Shown: positions 24,379 to 35,148, numbered from the stretch's first letter. The stretch: 64,000 nucleotides of DNA from Eubacteriales bacterium (GCA_045535815.1 JAZSMJ010000066.1:890-64889); one strand, 5' to 3'. Numbers and translations are program-made. Notes: generated by a model not told the origin, from the sequence alone.

Positions 24379-24964
24379 TTTAAATAACGTAAAGCTTAAG
24401 ATAAGTGCGGGCACGCTTGCACAGATACCTCGTGAGCCTATTCCGAATTTTGCTTTGTCGGGTCGCTCAAACGTAGGTAAAAGCTCGCTGATAAACACCC
24501 TTCTTTCAAGAAAGGGACTTGCGAGAGTCAGCGGTGAGCCGGGCAAGACCATAACCATCAATTTTTACGATATAGACGGAAAGATATATTTTGCAGACCT
24601 TCCCGGATACGGATATGCAAAGCGGGGCGCTGCAGATATAAAGAAGTGGTCGGCACTCGTTCAGGGATATTTTTCATCCTCTGAGGCAACCAGGAATCTT
24701 TCTGCAGTAATACAGCTGATAGACCTCAAGGTAGGTCCTACAAAGGACGATGAGATAATGCTCGATTGGTTAAACCAGACCGGCACGCCTTATTTTATAG
24801 TTGCAACAAAGGCTGATAAGCTGTCAAAAACGGCGGCGCAGGAGGCTGTCACGAGCATTATGAATCACGAGCTCGTTGCAGAGGGAACGGCTATTATTCC
24901 GTTTTCAGCCCTTAAGGGAAGTGGCAAGGATGAGGTCTGGTCGGAAATACAGAAGTATTGCTGA
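24362..24964 (+). CDS. engB: Ribosome-biogenesis GTPase YsxC/EngB
   Basis: GRSNVGKSSLIN G1 motif; DLPGYG; TKADK; the usual position after lon. Confidence 0.85.
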   Translation: MMVKLNLNNVKLKISAGTLAQIPREPIPNFALSGRSNVGKSSLINTLLSRKGLARVSGEPGKTITINFYDIDGKIYFADLPGYGYAKRGAADIKKWSALVQGYFSSSEATRNLSAVIQLIDLKVGPTKDDEIMLDWLNQTGTPYFIVATKADKLSKTAAQEAVTSIMNHELVAEGTAIIPFSALKGSGKDEVWSEIQKYC

Positions 24965-24997
24965 TATGGGAATATCGGCAAAGGAAGGTCAATTATT

Positions 24998-26299
24998 ATG
25001 GAGTTTACACATTCCTGTTACGGAATAAATGAAAAGGGACATCTTACCATAGGCTCGGTCGATACAGTCGAGCTTGCGGCTGAATACGGCACGCCTGCCT
25101 ACGTTATGGATGAGGATTATATAAGAGCACAGTGCAGACTGTACAGAGAAAGCGCAAAAAAATACTTCGGTGAGGGAAGCCTTCCTCATTTTGCAAGTAA
25201 GGCGCTGTGCATCAAGAGAATATATCAGATAATCGCTGAGGAGGGAATAGGCACGGACGTCGTTTCCCCGGGAGAGCTTTATACTGCAAAGGCTGCAGAT
25301 TTCCCGATGGAAAATATATGCTTCCACGGCAATAACAAGACCGACCGTGATATCGAAATGGCTGTCAGCATGGGTGTCGGCAGATTTGTAGTCGATAACG
25401 ACGAGGAGCTTGATTCGCTTGATGCGATTGCAGGAAAATACGGCATTAAGCAGAAGATAATGCTTCGTATTACCCCCGGTATAGACCCTCATACTCATAA
25501 AGCGGTAATCACAGGAAACGTCGATTCAAAGTTCGGCAACGCCATAGTTACCGGTCAGGCAATGGCGATAGTAAAGAGAGCCCTTGCAAAGAAAAATATA
25601 GAGCTTACGGGTATACACTGCCATATCGGCTCTCAGATATTTGAGATAGCTCCGTTTGAGGATGCCGCAAGAATAATGGTCACGTTTATGGCGGATGTTC
25701 GCAGAGAGTGCGGATACGAGATGTACGAGCTCAATCTCGGCGGCGGCTTCGGTGTAAGATATATTCCCGAGGACCCGATAATAGATTACGAAAAGAATAT
25801 AGCCGACGTTGCGGCGGCGGTAAAGAAAAATTGCGCAGAGCAGGGTATCCCGGTGCCGAGAGTTATACTCGAGCCGGGCCGCTCGATAGTTGCAGGCGCA
25901 GGAATTACCCTTTATACCGTTGGCTCGGTAAAGGAGATCACGGGCTTTAAGAATTACGTGTCGATAGACGGCGGTATGCCCGATAATCCCAGATACGCTC
26001 TTTATTCGTCTCAGTACGAGGCGTTTATCGCAAACAGAGCGGCTGAAGAAAAAAATTATGAATGTACTATAGCAGGACGCTGCTGTGAAAGCGGCGACCT
26101 TATTGCCGAAAATATAAAGATACAGAGCGCAAAAAGAGGCGATATTATGGCTGTAACGGTTACGGGTGCGTATAACTACGCTATGGCTTCAAACTACAAC
26201 CGTATAACACGTCCCCCGATAATTCTTATAAAGGATAAAAAGCCTTACGTAGCGCTTGAGAGAGAAAGCTTCGAGGACCTTATAAGAAACGACAGATAA
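24998..26299 (+). CDS. lysA: Diaminopimelate decarboxylase
   Basis: Orn/DAP/Arg decarboxylase family 2 motifs (...FASKAL..., GGGFG, CESGD). Confidence 0.9.
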   Translation: MEFTHSCYGINEKGHLTIGSVDTVELAAEYGTPAYVMDEDYIRAQCRLYRESAKKYFGEGSLPHFASKALCIKRIYQIIAEEGIGTDVVSPGELYTAKAADFPMENICFHGNNKTDRDIEMAVSMGVGRFVVDNDEELDSLDAIAGKYGIKQKIMLRITPGIDPHTHKAVITGNVDSKFGNAIVTGQAMAIVKRALAKKNIELTGIHCHIGSQIFEIAPFEDAARIMVTFMADVRRECGYEMYELNLGGGFGVRYIPEDPIIDYEKNIADVAAAVKKNCAEQGIPVPRVILEPGRSIVAGAGITLYTVGSVKEITGFKNYVSIDGGMPDNPRYALYSSQYEAFIANRAAEEKNYECTIAGRCCESGDLIAENIKIQSAKRGDIMAVTVTGAYNYAMASNYNRITRPPIILIKDKKPYVALERESFEDLIRNDR

Positions 26300-26335
26300 G
26301 ATATTTCAATTCCAAAACGAAAGGAAAATATCATA

Positions 26336-27007
26336 ATGTTACAGCAGATATTTGATCCGCAGCAGCTGCCGTATATCCTTTTGAGGATACCGTGTATACT
26401 TATAGCGCTTTCCTTCCACGAGCTTGCTCACGGCTGGATGGCGTACAAGCTGGGTGACCCGACTGCAAGAAATTTCGGACGTCTGTCCATGAATCCGTTG
26501 AAGCACCTTGACCCGATAGGTGCGCTTGCTATGCTTTTGCTCGGATTCGGTTGGGCAAAGCCGGTGCCGATAAATACAAGATATTTCAAAAAGCCGAGAA
26601 GAGATATGGCTCTTTCCGCCCTGGCAGGACCGGTGGCAAACCTTATACTTGCATTTATAGGCTGCTTTATCTATTATCTTGCACTTCTTTTGCTGATAGT
26701 GCTTGAGGTAGAGGTGAACACGTTGTGGGACATTGTTCTTATGTTTATAGGAACCTTCTACTCGCTCAATCTCGGTCTTGCAGTATTCAATCTGCTTCCG
26801 ATACCTCCGCTTGACGGCTCGAGAATAGCGTTTATATTCCTCCCCGACAGGCTATACTTCAAGGTAATGCAGTACGAGCAGTATATTTCGATAGCACTTA
26901 TGCTGCTTCTGTTTACCGACGTTCTGAACAGACCGATCTCGACCCTTATAGGTTGGGTAGACTTCGGTATGAGCTACGTAGTCAGTCTGATACTCCCCAT
27001 CATTTAA
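26336..27007 (+). CDS. Site-2 (M50) family zinc metalloprotease
   Basis: HELAHG motif; multi-TM; ...NLLPIPPLDGS... Confidence 0.8.
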   Translation: MLQQIFDPQQLPYILLRIPCILIALSFHELAHGWMAYKLGDPTARNFGRLSMNPLKHLDPIGALAMLLLGFGWAKPVPINTRYFKKPRRDMALSALAGPVANLILAFIGCFIYYLALLLLIVLEVEVNTLWDIVLMFIGTFYSLNLGLAVFNLLPIPPLDGSRIAFIFLPDRLYFKVMQYEQYISIALMLLLFTDVLNRPISTLIGWVDFGMSYVVSLILPII

Positions 27008-27028
27008 AAATGAAAGCGATAAATACAA

Positions 27029-27781
27029 ATGACAGTTTTACCTGATTTCAGGCTTGAGATATTTGAAGGCCCGCTTGACCTTCTGCTCTCGCTTATCTCA
27101 AAAAACAAAGTGAATATATACGATATCCCGATAGCGCTTATATTCGAGCAGTATATGGCGTATCTCGACGAGATGAAAAAGATGGATATGGAGATAGCGG
27201 GCGAGTTTATCGTAATGGCATCCGAGCTTATGCTGATAAAGAGCCGAATGCTTCTTCCCAAGCAGGAAAACGAAGAGGAGGAAGACCCGAGAGCAAAGCT
27301 TGCCGCTGCACTTATCGAATATAAAAAGGCTAAGGAGGCGGCGGTATATCTGTCTGAAAGATACGGCATTTATTCGGGCAGAATGATAAAGGATACCGAT
27401 GAATATGAGCCGGATATCACCTGTGACGAGGGTCAGGATATCGAGCTTCTGACGAGTGCGTTCAGACTGCTTCTGAGAAGGGCGGTAGAGGTAAAGAAGA
27501 GCGAGGGAAGCGATCCCTCAAGAGCCTTTGGAAGGATAACCACACGTCCGTCGGCCTCTGTGCCTGCAAGAACGGTCTTCGTTATGAGATATCTCTTCAA
27601 AAACGGAAGGACAAGCTTTACCGATCTTATGCTGAAATCACAGGACAGAGAGGAGCTTATCGCATCCTTCCTTGCACTTTTAGAGCTTGTTCACGCACAG
27701 CGTGTTACAGTTTCTGACGGTGAAGACGGCGAGTATATACTTGAGCTAAACAGAAAAAAGGCGGTAGTAAACAATGGATAA
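27029..27781 (+). CDS. scpA: Segregation and condensation protein A
   Basis: FEGPLDLLLSLISKNKVNIYDIPIA... kleisin N-terminus. Confidence 0.85.
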   Translation: MTVLPDFRLEIFEGPLDLLLSLISKNKVNIYDIPIALIFEQYMAYLDEMKKMDMEIAGEFIVMASELMLIKSRMLLPKQENEEEEDPRAKLAAALIEYKKAKEAAVYLSERYGIYSGRMIKDTDEYEPDITCDEGQDIELLTSAFRLLLRRAVEVKKSEGSDPSRAFGRITTRPSASVPARTVFVMRYLFKNGRTSFTDLMLKSQDREELIASFLALLELVHAQRVTVSDGEDGEYILELNRKKAVVNNG

Positions 27782-28379
27782 CCAACAGATACCGGTATCA
27801 AGAGTGCCGAAAATAATAGAGGCGGTGCTTTTTGCGGCAGGATATCCCGTAAGCTATGAAAAGCTTGCCGAAATAATCGGATATAAGCCGAGCGAGATAA
27901 AGAAGATAGCGGACAGTATGTGCGCTGATTATCCCGGAAGAGGGATACAGATGGTGTGCTACGAGGATTCGTGTCAGCTGTGCACCGTAGAGGATTGCGA
28001 GAGCTATATAAAGGCGGCACTCGGAATAAAACGAAGCGGAAATTTATCAAAATCATCGCTTGAGGTGCTTGCGATAATTGCGTATAATCAGCCGGTAACG
28101 AGAGCATACATAGAGCAGGTAAGAGGAGTTGACAGCGCATATGCGGTCAATAATCTGATAGAAAGAGGTCTTATCGAGGCAAAGGGAAGACTTGACGTTC
28201 CCGGAAGACCTAATATCTACGGCACGACCGCAGACTTTCTCAGATGCTTCGGGCTTTCCTCCTTGGGAGAGCTTCCGATCCCCGATCTTTTGGCTCCTGC
28301 AGAGGAGGCAGACGAGGGAGATGAGGCTGTAAGCGCAGATACCTTAAGTGAAAAGGAAAACGCAAACGGGGAAGAGTAA
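27774..28379 (+). CDS. scpB: Segregation and condensation protein B
   Basis: ...IEAVLFAAGYPVSYEKLAEI...LEVLAIIAYNQPVTRAYIEQVRGV... Confidence 0.85.
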   Translation: MDNQQIPVSRVPKIIEAVLFAAGYPVSYEKLAEIIGYKPSEIKKIADSMCADYPGRGIQMVCYEDSCQLCTVEDCESYIKAALGIKRSGNLSKSSLEVLAIIAYNQPVTRAYIEQVRGVDSAYAVNNLIERGLIEAKGRLDVPGRPNIYGTTADFLRCFGLSSLGELPIPDLLAPAEEADEGDEAVSADTLSEKENANGEE

Positions 28380-28408
28380 ATCTATCTTTTCTATGGGAGA
28401 GGTCAGAT

Positions 28409-29032
28409 ATGAAGGGTATTATTATAGCGCTGTCTGTAATAGCGTTTATAGCTGCGCTGTTATTCATTCCTATCCATATACGGCTGAAGTATTCAGACAG
28501 CTTTGTCGCAAGGATAAGAGTGCTTTTTCTGACGTTTCCGTTATATCCGTCAAAGAAAAAGCCGAAAAAGAAAAGGGCAAAAGGAAAAAAGAAGCAAAAG
28601 AAAAAGACTGATGAAGCTAAGACAGAGGGAGCACCGGAAAAAAAGAAAAAGCTTAGTGCATCCTCGGTAAAGGGGCTTATCAGGCTTGTCTATGCTATCT
28701 CAAAAATAATTATAAGCCGTTTTGCCTGCCATCTGAAAACCAAGATATACCGCATATATATAAAGATAGGCTCGGACGATATGGCAAAAACTGCCGTTGA
28801 ATACGGAGCGGCAGCGCAGGGGATGGCGTATCTTATTGAATTTCTGTCACAGAAGACAAGCGTTAAGCTTGCAAGAAACAGTATAGTAAGAGTAGAGCCG
28901 GATTTTATGTCGGAAAGGTTTTCTGCTGCAGTCGATATTGATTTTTCGCTTCGCATATGGCAGATATTTGATATTGGACTTAAAGCGGTAATGCATTTAA
29001 TAAAAAATAAAATGGGAAGCTTATCCCGATAA
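28409..29032 (+). CDS. DUF2953-like sporulation-neighbourhood membrane protein with a Lys-rich linker
   Basis: N-terminal TM, KKKPKKKRAKGKKKQKKK tract, and a position upstream of ytfJ. Confidence 0.5.
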   Translation: MKGIIIALSVIAFIAALLFIPIHIRLKYSDSFVARIRVLFLTFPLYPSKKKPKKKRAKGKKKQKKKTDEAKTEGAPEKKKKLSASSVKGLIRLVYAISKIIISRFACHLKTKIYRIYIKIGSDDMAKTAVEYGAAAQGMAYLIEFLSQKTSVKLARNSIVRVEPDFMSERFSAAVDIDFSLRIWQIFDIGLKAVMHLIKNKMGSLSR

Positions 29033-29058
29033 AGAAATAAATTTTTACGGAGGATATT

Positions 29059-29505
29059 ATGGCAGAAGCAACTAAACTCAGCGATATTATAAAAGCCTCA
29101 CTTGAAAATATACGTAACGTAGCGGATGTAAACACCGTTATCGGAAATGAGATAACTACGTCAAACGGAACGGTTATAATTCCGGTATCAAAGGTATCGG
29201 TAGGTATAGCGTCTGGCGGCGTTGACTATTTCGGAAAGAATGTAAACGGGGCAGATTCAAAGCCGTCCGCACAGAATTTCGGCGGTGGAGGCGGTACGGG
29301 TGTTTCCGTTTCTCCGGTAGGATTTCTCGTTATAAAGCCGAGCGGAGAGGTCGAGCTTCTCAATATAGATGCACCGACAGGTCCTGCTCCCGCTCCTTCA
29401 TCTATTGATTCGATAATAAACGCAATAGAAAAATCTCCCGATCTTATACAGCGCTTTAGGGAGATATTCAAAAAGGACGAAAAGAAGGAAGACAGCGCAG
29501 AATAA
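29059..29505 (+). CDS. ytfJ: GerW/YtfJ-family sporulation protein
   Basis: ...VIGNEITTSNGTVIIPVSKVSVGIASGG...GGGGTGVSVSPVGFLVI... Confidence 0.7.
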   Translation: MAEATKLSDIIKASLENIRNVADVNTVIGNEITTSNGTVIIPVSKVSVGIASGGVDYFGKNVNGADSKPSAQNFGGGGGTGVSVSPVGFLVIKPSGEVELLNIDAPTGPAPAPSSIDSIINAIEKSPDLIQRFREIFKKDEKKEDSAE

Positions 29506-29580
29506 GCTCTTGCGCTATGACATACTCACGCACTTGCATTAATATAATTTCTATATAAAAACAATGCGGAGCGTGAGAAT

Positions 29581-30765
29581 ATGAAAAAAACGGTACTTAG
29601 AGTAGTGTCGCTGCTTGTGTGTGCGGTGCTGACAATTTGCTCAGCGAATGCATCGGGTGGTGCTGTCGAGGTTTTTGACGGCGAGAGCGACCCTATAAAA
29701 GAAACGGCGGCAGTGCCGTCTGTCAGTGCGGCAGGAGCTATTTTAATAGATGCAGACAGTGGCAGAGTACTGTACAAGCACAACGCCTATCAGCGAATGC
29801 CGATGGCAAGCACTACCAAGATAATGACTGCGCTTGTGGCGCTATCGTCAGTTCCGGTCGATACCGTTGTGAGCGTATCTCCTTTGGCGGTGGGAGTTGA
29901 GGGCTCGTCAGTTTATCTTTATGCAGGTGAGGAGCTGACTATGGAGCAGCTGCTGTACGCTATGCTGCTTGAGAGTGCAAACGATGCCGCAGCGGCTATA
30001 GCTATTGCCGTGGGCGGTGATATTGAATCCTTTGCGGATATGATGAATGAAATGGCGCAAAGGATAGGACTTGCGGATACGCATTTTGAAAATCCTCACG
30101 GACTTGACGGCGAGGAGCATTATACCACGGCAGCAGATCTTGCAACTCTTACGGCATATGCCTTGCAAAACGAGACCTTCAGAAGCATCGTTTCAACCTA
30201 TAAGCATACCATACCAATGAACGGCAGCGAGGGAACACGGCTTCTTATAAACCACAATAAGCTGCTGAAGAGCTACAGTGGAGCTATAGGCGTAAAGACC
30301 GGCTTTACCAAAAAGAGCGGAAGATGCCTTGTCAGTGCAGCTGAAAGGGAGGGCGTTACTCTTGTGGCAGTAACTCTTTCTGCAGCTGACGATTGGAATG
30401 ACCATGCAAATATGCTGGATTACGGCTTTTCGCTTATCGAAAGATTGAGCATCTGCGAAAAGGGAGAAATAGCTATTTCGGTACCGGTCATAAACGGAAG
30501 CTGTGACAGCCTTGCCGTATCAAACGAAGTCGCACTTGAGCTGACGCTTGACAGATATTCCGACCGGAATATAAAGACTGTTATAGAGCTTGACAGATTT
30601 TACTTTGCCCCGATAGCAAAGGGCGACGTGCTTGGCCGTGCGGTCTTTACGATTGAAGGAAAAACCGTCGGAGTGCTTGAGCTTACCGCAACTCAGTCGG
30701 TTGAAGAAATAACGTACAAAATGAATTTTTGGGAGCGAATACTTAGCTTTTTCGGTATAGGTTAA
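29581..30765 (+). CDS. D-alanyl-D-alanine carboxypeptidase (S11 PBP)
   Basis: Signal peptide; SxxK (STTK), SxN (SAN) and KTG (KTGFT). Confidence 0.85.
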   Translation: MKKTVLRVVSLLVCAVLTICSANASGGAVEVFDGESDPIKETAAVPSVSAAGAILIDADSGRVLYKHNAYQRMPMASTTKIMTALVALSSVPVDTVVSVSPLAVGVEGSSVYLYAGEELTMEQLLYAMLLESANDAAAAIAIAVGGDIESFADMMNEMAQRIGLADTHFENPHGLDGEEHYTTAADLATLTAYALQNETFRSIVSTYKHTIPMNGSEGTRLLINHNKLLKSYSGAIGVKTGFTKKSGRCLVSAAEREGVTLVAVTLSAADDWNDHANMLDYGFSLIERLSICEKGEIAISVPVINGSCDSLAVSNEVALELTLDRYSDRNIKTVIELDRFYFAPIAKGDVLGRAVFTIEGKTVGVLELTATQSVEEITYKMNFWERILSFFGIG

Positions 30766-30776
30766 GTTTTTGATTT

Positions 30777-31496
30777 ATGGAAAGTTTAAGGATACAAAAA
30801 TATTTGTCGGACTGCGGAGTTATGTCACGCAGAGCCGCTGAAAAGGAAATAGCCGCAGGCAGAGTTAAGGTAAACGGAGCCGTGGCACAGATAGGACAGA
30901 AGATAGACCCCGATACGGATGAGGTGGTCTACAAGGGCAAGGTAGTCAAAAAGGAGATAAAGAGCTATACCTATATAATGCTCAATAAGCCTGTGGGATA
31001 CGTTACCACCATGTCGGACGAGAGCTCTCGTCCGTGCGTTCGTGACCTCGTGTCTGACGTCGGAGTAAGAGTCTATCCGGTCGGAAGACTTGATATGTAT
31101 TCAGAGGGGCTTCTGATAATGACAAACGACGGAGAGCTTACCAATAAGCTCACACACCCAAAGCACGAGATACCTAAAATATATCACGTCAAGGTGGACG
31201 AGGAGATAAATTCGGATAAGCTTAGATTTCTTGGCAGACGTATGAATATAGACGGGTACGACATAGAGCCTGTAAAGTGTGAGGTAGTTACCAGAAAGGA
31301 CGGATTTACCGTTCTGCGTATGACTCTTTACGAGGGCAGAAACCGTCAGATAAGAAAGATGTGTGAGGCGGCAGAGCTTAAGGTGCTTTCACTTAAGCGC
31401 ATTGCAATAGGAGAGCTGAGCCTTGGAAATCTGAAGCCGGGTGAATGGAAGAAAATGAGCGCTTCGCAGATAAAATATCTGAGGGGCGGAAAATAA
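30777..31496 (+). CDS. rluB: RluB/RsuA-type pseudouridine synthase with S4 domain
   Basis: ...RIQKYLSDCGVMSRRAAEKEI...; catalytic ...GRLDMYSEGLLIMTNDG... Confidence 0.85.
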   Translation: MESLRIQKYLSDCGVMSRRAAEKEIAAGRVKVNGAVAQIGQKIDPDTDEVVYKGKVVKKEIKSYTYIMLNKPVGYVTTMSDESSRPCVRDLVSDVGVRVYPVGRLDMYSEGLLIMTNDGELTNKLTHPKHEIPKIYHVKVDEEINSDKLRFLGRRMNIDGYDIEPVKCEVVTRKDGFTVLRMTLYEGRNRQIRKMCEAAELKVLSLKRIAIGELSLGNLKPGEWKKMSASQIKYLRGGK

Positions 31497-31508
31497 GGAG
31501 AGATAGAT

Positions 31509-31910
31509 ATGCTGGAAATAAAACCGGTGCAGAGTGCCGATCAGCACGAGCAGGTATGCCGAGATTGCACAGTTGCATACGATGCGGACAATCTGTGCTA
31601 TGCCGCTTATGAGGGCGAGCGACTTATAGGAATATCCGAATTCGTTATAAAGGGAAAATACGGATATATCCGCTCGCTGAAAAACGCAAACGGTGTGGAC
31701 GACCTTGGGGCTTTGTTTATTGCCGCAAGAGCAACGCTCAACTTTATAGACCTTCATGGAGTGCACGAGGCATTTTTCGAGGCAGAGGACAGCTGTCCTG
31801 ATGAGCGTTTTATCAAATGGGTCGGTTTTTCAAAGGATGCCGAGGGCAGATGGTATATGGATTTGAACGGCTTTTTCGAAGAGCCCTGCAAGCACGAAAA
31901 TAAAGAATAA
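31509..31910 (+). CDS. Hypothetical protein
   Basis: 133-aa ORF in operon position; no family recognised. Confidence 0.4.
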   Translation: MLEIKPVQSADQHEQVCRDCTVAYDADNLCYAAYEGERLIGISEFVIKGKYGYIRSLKNANGVDDLGALFIAARATLNFIDLHGVHEAFFEAEDSCPDERFIKWVGFSKDAEGRWYMDLNGFFEEPCKHENKE

Positions 31911-32153
31911 AAATAAAAAGGACTTAGGCGTTATGATTTTGCTTCAGTCCTTTTTTCGTCATTTTTTTATACTAATTTACCTTTTACAAGAGCAATTTCC
32001 ACAATCAAACACAAGTGTTTGGTAATATTTGGCAGATATTACCAAGTTAACGGTGTTAATTTTGTTGTAATTTTTTATTCACAAACTATTGCAAAATATC
32101 CCAAAATATGGTAATATATTGGTGTAATAAAAATGAGACGGAGAGTGAAAGCG

Positions 32154-32930
32154 ATGGAACAGAACATACGGATACTTATAGCCGATGAAAATGCGGATTT
32201 CAGAAAAATATGCCGTGATAATCTGACGGAACTTGGCTTTAAATATATTGAAGAGGCGGTAAACGGTGAGGATGCTCAGTATAAGATATCAAAGAGCCGT
32301 CCGGACGTTGTTCTTCTGGATATCTGGCTGTCAAGAATAGACACGGTCGAGGTCATACGTAATTCGAGAGCAAACATATCGCAAAGCGATATTCCTCCTG
32401 CGTTTATAGTATATTCAATAGTAAACAATCAGAATATGTTCGGTGAAGCGACCGAGGCTGGCGCTGACTACTGTCTGTTAAAGCCGTTTGATTACAAGAG
32501 CCTTTCTGAGCGTATAAGAAGGGCAAATGCAGGCAGACTTCCGCAGAGCAAGGCTAAGTCTATGGGAGTGCAGGAAAACGATATCGAAACGCAGGTCACC
32601 AAGGTGATACATCAGATAGGCGTTCCTGCTCATATAAAGGGATATCAGTATCTCAGAACTGCAATAATGATGACTATAGAGGATAACGATATAATCAATT
32701 CGGTAACCAAGATACTCTATCCGTCGGTTGCGAAAAAGTATCAGACCACGTCGTCAAGAGTTGAGCGTGCGATACGTCATGCTATAGAGGTTGCGTGGGA
32801 CAGAGGAGATATCGACACCTTGAATTCCTATTTCGGATATACCATCCAGAACAACAGAGGCAAGCCCACGAACAGCGAGTTTATCGCTATGATTGCAGAC
32901 AATCTTCGCTTGTCCAATAAATTATCTTAA
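32154..32930 (+). CDS. spo0A: Sporulation master regulator Spo0A
   Basis: Receiver domain plus the invariant Spo0A C-terminal domain ...[17 protein letters not shown]...[15 protein letters not shown]... Confidence 0.9.
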   Translation: MEQNIRILIADENADFRKICRDNLTELGFKYIEEAVNGEDAQYKISKSRPDVVLLDIWLSRIDTVEVIRNSRANISQSDIPPAFIVYSIVNNQNMFGEATEAGADYCLLKPFDYKSLSERIRRANAGRLPQSKAKSMGVQENDIETQVTKVIHQIGVPAHIKGYQYLRTAIMMTIEDNDIINSVTKILYPSVAKKYQTTSSRVERAIRHAIEVAWDRGDIDTLNSYFGYTIQNNRGKPTNSEFIAMIADNLRLSNKLS

Positions 32931-32966
32931 GCGTACCCGTTTAATCATCCATATATTTCCATTAAA

Positions 32967-33000
32967 GAGAAAAAACGCCTTCCCCGAGGCGTTTTTTCTC
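32967..33000. terminator. Bidirectional terminator
   Basis: GAGAAAAAACGCCT / AGGCGTTTTTTCTC, 14-bp perfect stem. Confidence 0.7.
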
Positions 33001-33008
33001 TTTTGGAT

Positions 33009-34178
33009 TTATTCTATTCCGAGATAATGGTTATAGATGGTGAAGGCATCGATTATGGGATATGTAACGTCGGTACCTGCGCCGAAGGTGACCAGGATAT
33101 ATTCCTTGCCGTCATATGATGCGAGAGATGCAAGGCATCTTCCTGCCTCGGGCGTATAGCCGGTCTTACCGCCTATCAGTATCTGATTGTCGTAGCCTGC
33201 GGCGGTTATTGCGTTGAACATGGTGCTTCTGACCGTTATACCGTCGGGATGCTTATCCGTGCCCGTGCTCGAGTGTCTTGACGAGGTGAACAGATTTCTG
33301 AAAAGCTCGTTATTCAGAGAATATTTCAAAAGGGTGTATATATCGTAGGTGGTTGTGTAGAGCTGCTCGTTATGAAGCCCCGTGCAGTTGGTGAAATGGG
33401 TATCTTCCATTCCCAGCTCCTTCGCTTTGGCGTTCATCATGTCTGCAAACTGAGCCTCGGTGCCTGCCACGTACTGTGCAAGCGCAAGCGCCGCATCTGC
33501 TCCGGAGGGAAGCATCATTCCGTAAAGAAGCTCGTATATCGATACGGTTTCTCCCGGCAAATATCCGGAGGTTACGGCATTTTCTGCCGTCGTATAGTCG
33601 TAGATAGCAGCGTCAAGCGTAATAACGTCGTGAATATCTTCGATGTTTTCTATGGCTATTATGGCGGTCATTATCTTTGTAACGGAAGCGGGATATGCTA
33701 TCTCGGCGCTGTTTTTACCTGCCATTATGACGTTATCAGTCAGATTTACAAGCAAAACGTTGTGGCTGTATACGTCAACCTCAAGTGATTCGGGAGCCTC
33801 AGAGTGGTCTATATGCTGCTCGGTCTCATCGGTGTCAGAGCTTTCAAGATCTGATACGTCCGAGCTCTCAAGCTCTTGCTTTGTATTATCGGTATCGGAG
33901 ATTTCTTCCGAGCCTGCGCTTTCCTGCGATGAGTCAGAGCTTTCGCTTCCTTCGGCTTGCTCTGTCTGATCAGCAGGGCGGTCGAATATATCAAGTCTTG
34001 TATCCTCGGAGATAATATAGGTCTTTACTGCCCATACCGCAAGGACGATAAGTGCGGCAACCAATATGTAAGTGAGGCAGGACTTGAAGCCACAGCCTAT
34101 CTCACGTTTTCTTCTTCTGTTTTTTGATTTATTCATCTTCATCTTCCTTTTTTGCTTTATTGGACTGCGATGCGGCAC
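33009..34178 (-). CDS. Membrane-anchored D-alanyl-D-alanine carboxypeptidase (S11) with an acidic Ser/Asp/Glu linker
   Basis: SxxK (SVTK) and KTG (KTGYT). The start may be the internal Met at 34145. Confidence 0.8.
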   Translation of the reverse strand: MPHRSPIKQKRKMKMNKSKNRRRKREIGCGFKSCLTYILVAALIVLAVWAVKTYIISEDTRLDIFDRPADQTEQAEGSESSDSSQESAGSEEISDTDNTKQELESSDVSDLESSDTDETEQHIDHSEAPESLEVDVYSHNVLLVNLTDNVIMAGKNSAEIAYPASVTKIMTAIIAIENIEDIHDVITLDAAIYDYTTAENAVTSGYLPGETVSIYELLYGMMLPSGADAALALAQYVAGTEAQFADMMNAKAKELGMEDTHFTNCTGLHNEQLYTTTYDIYTLLKYSLNNELFRNLFTSSRHSSTGTDKHPDGITVRSTMFNAITAAGYDNQILIGGKTGYTPEAGRCLASLASYDGKEYILVTFGAGTDVTYPIIDAFTIYNHYLGIE

Positions 34179-35148
34179 TCACGTTTGCAAGAGGATTATT
34201 TTGGATCGCCTCTTCCATATTTTTATCGCTGACGTGTGTGTATATCTGGGTGGTGTTGAGCTGCTCGTGCCCGAGGATGTCCTTAAGCACACGCACGTCT
34301 ACCTTTCCCGTCTGATACATAAGGGTAGCGGCAGTATGTCTGAGCTTATGTACCGAATAATGCTTATATTCGAGCCCTGCAGCCTTAAGATATTTATATA
34401 CCATAGTCTGCACCGTCTGTCTGCCTACTCTTTTATGAAGTCGGCTTATAAACAGTGCGTTTTTATCCTTTATTTCGACGTCAAGCGCCCTTTCTGCAAG
34501 ATATGCTCTCAAAGCCTCCTTGCAGGCATCGTTCAGATATACTATACGTTCCTTGCTGCCCTTACCGATAACTCTCAGCGAGCGCAGATCTCTGTCCATG
34601 TCGCTCAGGTTTATACCAACCAGCTCGGAAAGTCGCATTCCGCAGTTGAGAAACAGCGTAAGGATCGCATAATCACGCACTCGTGATTTTGATTCGGTAT
34701 CACTCTGCACCGCCCCCAGCAGAGAAAGGCTTTCATCTACCGAAAGATACTTGGGAAGCGATTGCTTTATCGTGGGCGACTCCCAATCCTTTACGGGATT
34801 GTCTTCAAGGCGCCGTGTTTTCACCGTCAGATATTTATAAAAGCTTTTCAGTGCCGACAGCTTTCTTGCACGTGCACGTGCTTTGTTCATACGCACGTTT
34901 GCGGTATACGCAAAGAATTCGTATATCTCCTCGCTTGTGATACCGCCTATATAATCAACGTCCACGTCGGAAGTATCTATTTTATCGAAATCCTCGCCTA
35001 TAGTTTCGCTTCCGCTTCTGAAGGCTTTGATATATCTGAAAAACAGCTCAAGATCCTGCTCGTACTGAGCTATTGTCTTGGGTGAACGGTTGAGCTGAAC
35101 TCTGAGATATGTAGAAAAATCCCTGACGGGTCTTGGAAGATCCTTCAA
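34129..35148 (-). CDS. Tyrosine recombinase, XerC/XerD family
   Basis: ...HKLRHTAATLMYQ...LGHEQLNTTQIYTHV... catalytic R-H-R-Y pattern. Confidence 0.85.
   Translation of the reverse strand: MKDLPRPVRDFSTYLRVQLNRSPKTIAQYEQDLELFFRYIKAFRSGSETIGEDFDKIDTSDVDVDYIGGITSEEIYEFFAYTANVRMNKARARARKLSALKSFYKYLTVKTRRLEDNPVKDWESPTIKQSLPKYLSVDESLSLLGAVQSDTESKSRVRDYAILTLFLNCGMRLSELVGINLSDMDRDLRSLRVIGKGSKERIVYLNDACKEALRAYLAERALDVEIKDKNALFISRLHKRVGRQTVQTMVYKYLKAAGLEYKHYSVHKLRHTAATLMYQTGKVDVRVLKDILGHEQLNTTQIYTHVSDKNMEEAIQNNPLANVSAASQSNKAKKEDEDE

Noticed and set aside
28553-28660. A/G-rich repetitive DNA (aaagaaaaagccgaaaaagaaaagggc...)
   Set aside because: It is simply the coding sequence of a Lys-rich linker in the DUF2953-like protein, not a DNA-level repeat element.
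34072-34686. Plus-strand 204-aa ORF
   Set aside because: It lies antisense to the Xer-type recombinase gene, which has the full catalytic signature.
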